Part shown: piece by piece, positions 61,306 through 64,000 of the stretch | How the letters are laid out: each line of letters starts with the position of its first letter | How positions within the stretch are numbered: the first letter of the stretch is position 1 | Source of the DNA: Thermodesulfobacteriota bacterium | GTDB lineage: Bacteria > Desulfobacterota_D > UBA1144 | DNA: 64,000 nt | Reading direction: 5' to 3' | NCBI GenBank assembly: GCA_030835345.1 | Contig: JAURPH010000003.1 | Coordinates: 34,124 to 98,123, forward strand | Notes under the pieces: model-generated | Seen by the model: only the letters and a program-made list of their open reading frames with translations | Database searches by the model: none | What the model was told of the DNA's origin: nothing | Translations under genes and position numbers: made by a program

Positions 61306-62597
61306 TTCTTTTTCCTTAACCTTAAACTTATAGAATTTTTATGTGCAAAAAGTGATTCTGATTCTGCCATAACCTCTACATTTTTACCCAATGATCTTAA
61401 ACCTTTATCAGAAATTTTTGTTACACTGGAATATTTAATAAAATCTAAAGAACTTAGAGGGGAAGAGAATGATGCACTTCCTCCTGTTGGTAATACGTGA
61501 CTAGGCCCTGCTATATAATCACCAAATGCTTCTGCTGAATTTTTTCCTAGGAAAATAGATCCGGCATTGGTTATTTTGCTTAATAATTTATCTGATGAAT
61601 TTACTAGTAGTTCTAAATGTTCTGGAGCAAAACTGTTACTGAAATCTATACAACTTTTAACAGAATTCATAAGAAAAATTTTTCCATTAATTTTTAGAGA
61701 TTCACTTATTATATTGCTTCTAGGGGATTCTTTAGTCAATTTTTTTACATCAGACAAAACCTTCTGTGCTAGCATTTTGGATGTAGTTAATAAAATTGAT
61801 GATGCATTAACATCATGTTCAGCTTGGGCTAACAAATCTGCGGCAATTATTTCAGAATTAGCAGTGTTGTCAGCTATTATGAGAACTTCACTTGGGCCTG
61901 CTACCATGTCAATCCCAACATCACCAAAAACCTGTTTTTTAGCATTAGCAACAAAAATATTTCCTGGACCAACTATTTTATTAACTTTCTCAATTGTTTT
62001 GGTTCCATAAGCTAAAGCAGCTATAGCCTGAGCACCTCCCACTTGATATATGTTTTCGATTTTTAAACAATCTGCGACAAACAGAACTGCCTTATTAATA
62101 CCATCCTGTGAGGGTGGTGTAACAATTGATATTTTTTTTACACCTGCAACTCTTGCTAAGACTGCTGTCATAATCAGGCTTGAAGGGTAAGATGCTGTTC
62201 CTCCAGGGACATATATTCCTACGCTATCCAAAGGGCTAACTGACCATCCCAATTTATTTCCTAAATTATCTTTAAATAAAAATGATTTAGGTAATTTTTT
62301 TTTCTGATAAGAAGAAACACGTTGAATAGCTTTTTTAATTGATTTTTTCAAAGATGAATTTAATGTGGTTGAAGAATCTGAAATTAATGACTTTTTAACT
62401 TTTAAATTTTGAGAGTTTAAATCAAAATTATCATATTTCTTTGTTAGCTTAAATATTGCTTTGTCACCTAATTTTTTAACATCATCAATAATCGAGGAAA
62501 CAATTTTATTTACATTTTTATAGGAGATTTCTTGAGACTTACGAATCTGAATTATTTTACTCTTAATTGCATTTTGCTTTAATGAATAGATTTTCAT
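61302..62597 (-). CDS. hisD: Histidinol dehydrogenase
   Basis: 431 aa. QAEHD...GDYIAGPSHVLPT are HisD motifs. Confidence 0.95.
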   Translation of the reverse strand: MKIYSLKQNAIKSKIIQIRKSQEISYKNVNKIVSSIIDDVKKLGDKAIFKLTKKYDNFDLNSQNLKVKKSLISDSSTTLNSSLKKSIKKAIQRVSSYQKKKLPKSFLFKDNLGNKLGWSVSPLDSVGIYVPGGTASYPSSLIMTAVLARVAGVKKISIVTPPSQDGINKAVLFVADCLKIENIYQVGGAQAIAALAYGTKTIEKVNKIVGPGNIFVANAKKQVFGDVGIDMVAGPSEVLIIADNTANSEIIAADLLAQAEHDVNASSILLTTSKMLAQKVLSDVKKLTKESPRSNIISESLKINGKIFLMNSVKSCIDFSNSFAPEHLELLVNSSDKLLSKITNAGSIFLGKNSAEAFGDYIAGPSHVLPTGGSASFSSPLSSLDFIKYSSVTKISDKGLRSLGKNVEVMAESESLFAHKNSISLRLRKKK

Positions 62598-62638
62598 CTT
62601 TCAATTATACAACAAATATAAAAATTGAACTTATTAAA

Positions 62639-63502
62639 TTATCCCAAGGAAATATCAATGATTAATACAGTATGAAGAATAAGCATATAAAAAATGGAAA
62701 AGATAAAAGCCATTTTATAACTTTGCTTTGATTTAAAAGTTTTATAAACACTGAATAAAAAAGTAAGACCTATAATTAGTGCTGTAATCGCATAAAATTT
62801 GCTTGCAATACCTATTACCCAAAAATATAAAGAAAATGGTATCAAAGATAAGCTATATATCATAATAAGATAGTCTGTATAGGTTTTTCCATATACAATT
62901 GGCATAACTGGGAATCCAGCATTTTTATAATCCTCAGCTAAAAATTGTGCCAAGAGCCAAAAATGTGGTGGTTGCCATAACATCATAAAAGTAAACATTA
63001 CAATCCCATTAATAAAAGAAATTGATAAATCAGGACTAATTGATGCAAAGCCGATTAAAACAGGCAATGCTCCTGGTATACCGCCCAATACAGTGCCAAA
63101 TGGAGATGATTTTTTTAAGAACAATGTGTAATAAATTGTATAGCTCAATATTGCGGCGAGGGTAAAATAAAAATTAATTATATTTATTTTAAAAAAAGAA
63201 ATCCCTAATGAAAAAGTTATTAAAAAAGATGCAATTACTGTCAGATTTGTAGATCCAATTAGATTTAACGACTCAACCCTTGATGATAATCTTTTCATCA
63301 ATTTATCACTATCTTTCTCTATTAAATTATTTATCATAGCAGCTCCTGCTGCTGATAAAATTAAAGATAATAATGTGTAAAAAATTATACTAACTTCCGG
63401 GAAAGAGCCCTTGGCAAGAACCATTCCTGTTAGCCCTGTGAGCCCTACACTTAAAATTATGTTGGGCTTAGATAATGAAATTAATGCTGAAAAATAATTC
63501 AT
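62639..63502 (-). CDS. ctaB: Protoheme IX farnesyltransferase (heme O synthase)
   Basis: 287 aa, UbiA-family polytopic. LSKPNIILSV... Confidence 0.92.
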   Translation of the reverse strand: MNYFSALISLSKPNIILSVGLTGLTGMVLAKGSFPEVSIIFYTLLSLILSAAGAAMINNLIEKDSDKLMKRLSSRVESLNLIGSTNLTVIASFLITFSLGISFFKINIINFYFTLAAILSYTIYYTLFLKKSSPFGTVLGGIPGALPVLIGFASISPDLSISFINGIVMFTFMMLWQPPHFWLLAQFLAEDYKNAGFPVMPIVYGKTYTDYLIMIYSLSLIPFSLYFWVIGIASKFYAITALIIGLTFLFSVYKTFKSKQSYKMAFIFSIFYMLILHTVLIIDISLG

Positions 63503-64000
63503 TTGTTTGTTGACATATTTTCATCAAAAATTGCATCTAATGCAATCATTAAAATTAATAAAGCTACAAATAAATGTATAGCTGTCATAGAAAAAGCTAA
63601 TTTTGAAATTACAACATAAACTCCTATTGCTATTTGAAAAATTACTAGAACAAATAGTTTTTTGAAACGTTTAAGTTGATTTATGTTCTTTTTTGTATAG
63701 TTAAAAAGTAAAAAGAATAGGGTTACTATAAAAATCAAATATCCTGTCATTCTGTGTGTTAAGTGATACAGAACAGTATCACTCAAATAAGGAGGAATCC
63801 AATAACCAAGACAAGTTGGAAAATCAGGGCAGGCAAGCCCTGCATTAGAATGTCTTACATATGCTCCCATGACCAACTGAAAATAAATTAGTAAAAGGAA
63901 AAATAAATACTTCCCAGAATTCGCTGAAAAGAAGAAAACTTTAGAAAGTGATTTGCTATCTTCATATTTACACATTGTATAAATAAACAAAAATATAACA
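63499..64000 (-). CDS. ctaA: Heme A synthase (CtaA/COX15 family), N-terminally truncated by the window edge
   Basis: The open frame runs through the window end. Polytopic, with LACPDFPTCLGYW. Confidence 0.55.
   Translation of the reverse strand, partial: VIFLFIYTMCKYEDSKSLSKVFFFSANSGKYLFFLLLIYFQLVMGAYVRHSNAGLACPDFPTCLGYWIPPYLSDTVLYHLTHRMTGYLIFIVTLFFLLFNYTKKNINQLKRFKKLFVLVIFQIAIGVYVVISKLAFSMTAIHLFVALLILMIALDAIFDENMSTNK

Noticed and set aside
1-64000. CRISPR arrays, rRNA genes, insertion sequences, prophage or toxin-antitoxin pairs
   Set aside because: No repeat-spacer periodicity, no rRNA-like conserved stretches, and no transposase, integrase or phage structural homologues in any frame.

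Overview
The window is AT-rich (I estimate about 29-30% GC by eye), densely packed bacterial chromosome. Gene content and order (rpsF-rpsR-rplI with no priB, rpoH, mreBCD-mrdA-rodA, thiSG without thiC, short intergenic spacers) suggest a streamlined marine alphaproteobacterium such as a SAR11/Pelagibacterales relative. That assignment is an inference from memory only. Almost every base is coding, and I recognise about 70 genes.

Most of it is core housekeeping: folD, folK, phhB, secA, smc, thiS/thiG, degP, fmt, nadK, prfB, aroC, queA, argG, rluD, birA, rodA, mrdA, mreDCB, efp, prs, rplY(ctc), pth, hppA, ychF, rpsF-rpsR-rplI, ksgA, polA, grxD, bolA, rpoH, alaS, rplU-rpmA, lnt, hisCD, ctaB and ctaA. 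There is one tRNA-Asn(GTT). I found no rRNA, CRISPR array, transposase, integrase, or obvious prophage or defence island.

Items worth a second look:
- A thiolase-like protein whose nucleophile cysteine is replaced by Ser-Ser, fused to a C-terminal DUF35 OB-fold. This resembles the Ltp2/ChsH2-DUF35 retro-aldolase arrangement.
- A flavodoxin gene broken by an in-frame TAG at the conserved Trp codon plus a nearby frameshift.
- A divergent NRAMP-fold transporter that has lost both canonical metal-site motifs and sits immediately upstream of bolA-grxD.
- A translationally coupled four-gene cluster (two FAD oxidoreductases and two membrane proteins) next to umuDC and a tRNA-Asn.
- A lipoprotein built from four tandem Ig-like repeats directly upstream of mreB.
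- The canonical programmed +1 frameshift in prfB.
- An EF-P whose modification loop is not the usual PGKG.

Every product call is by eye from the ORF-track translations, with no database search. Start codons are approximate.
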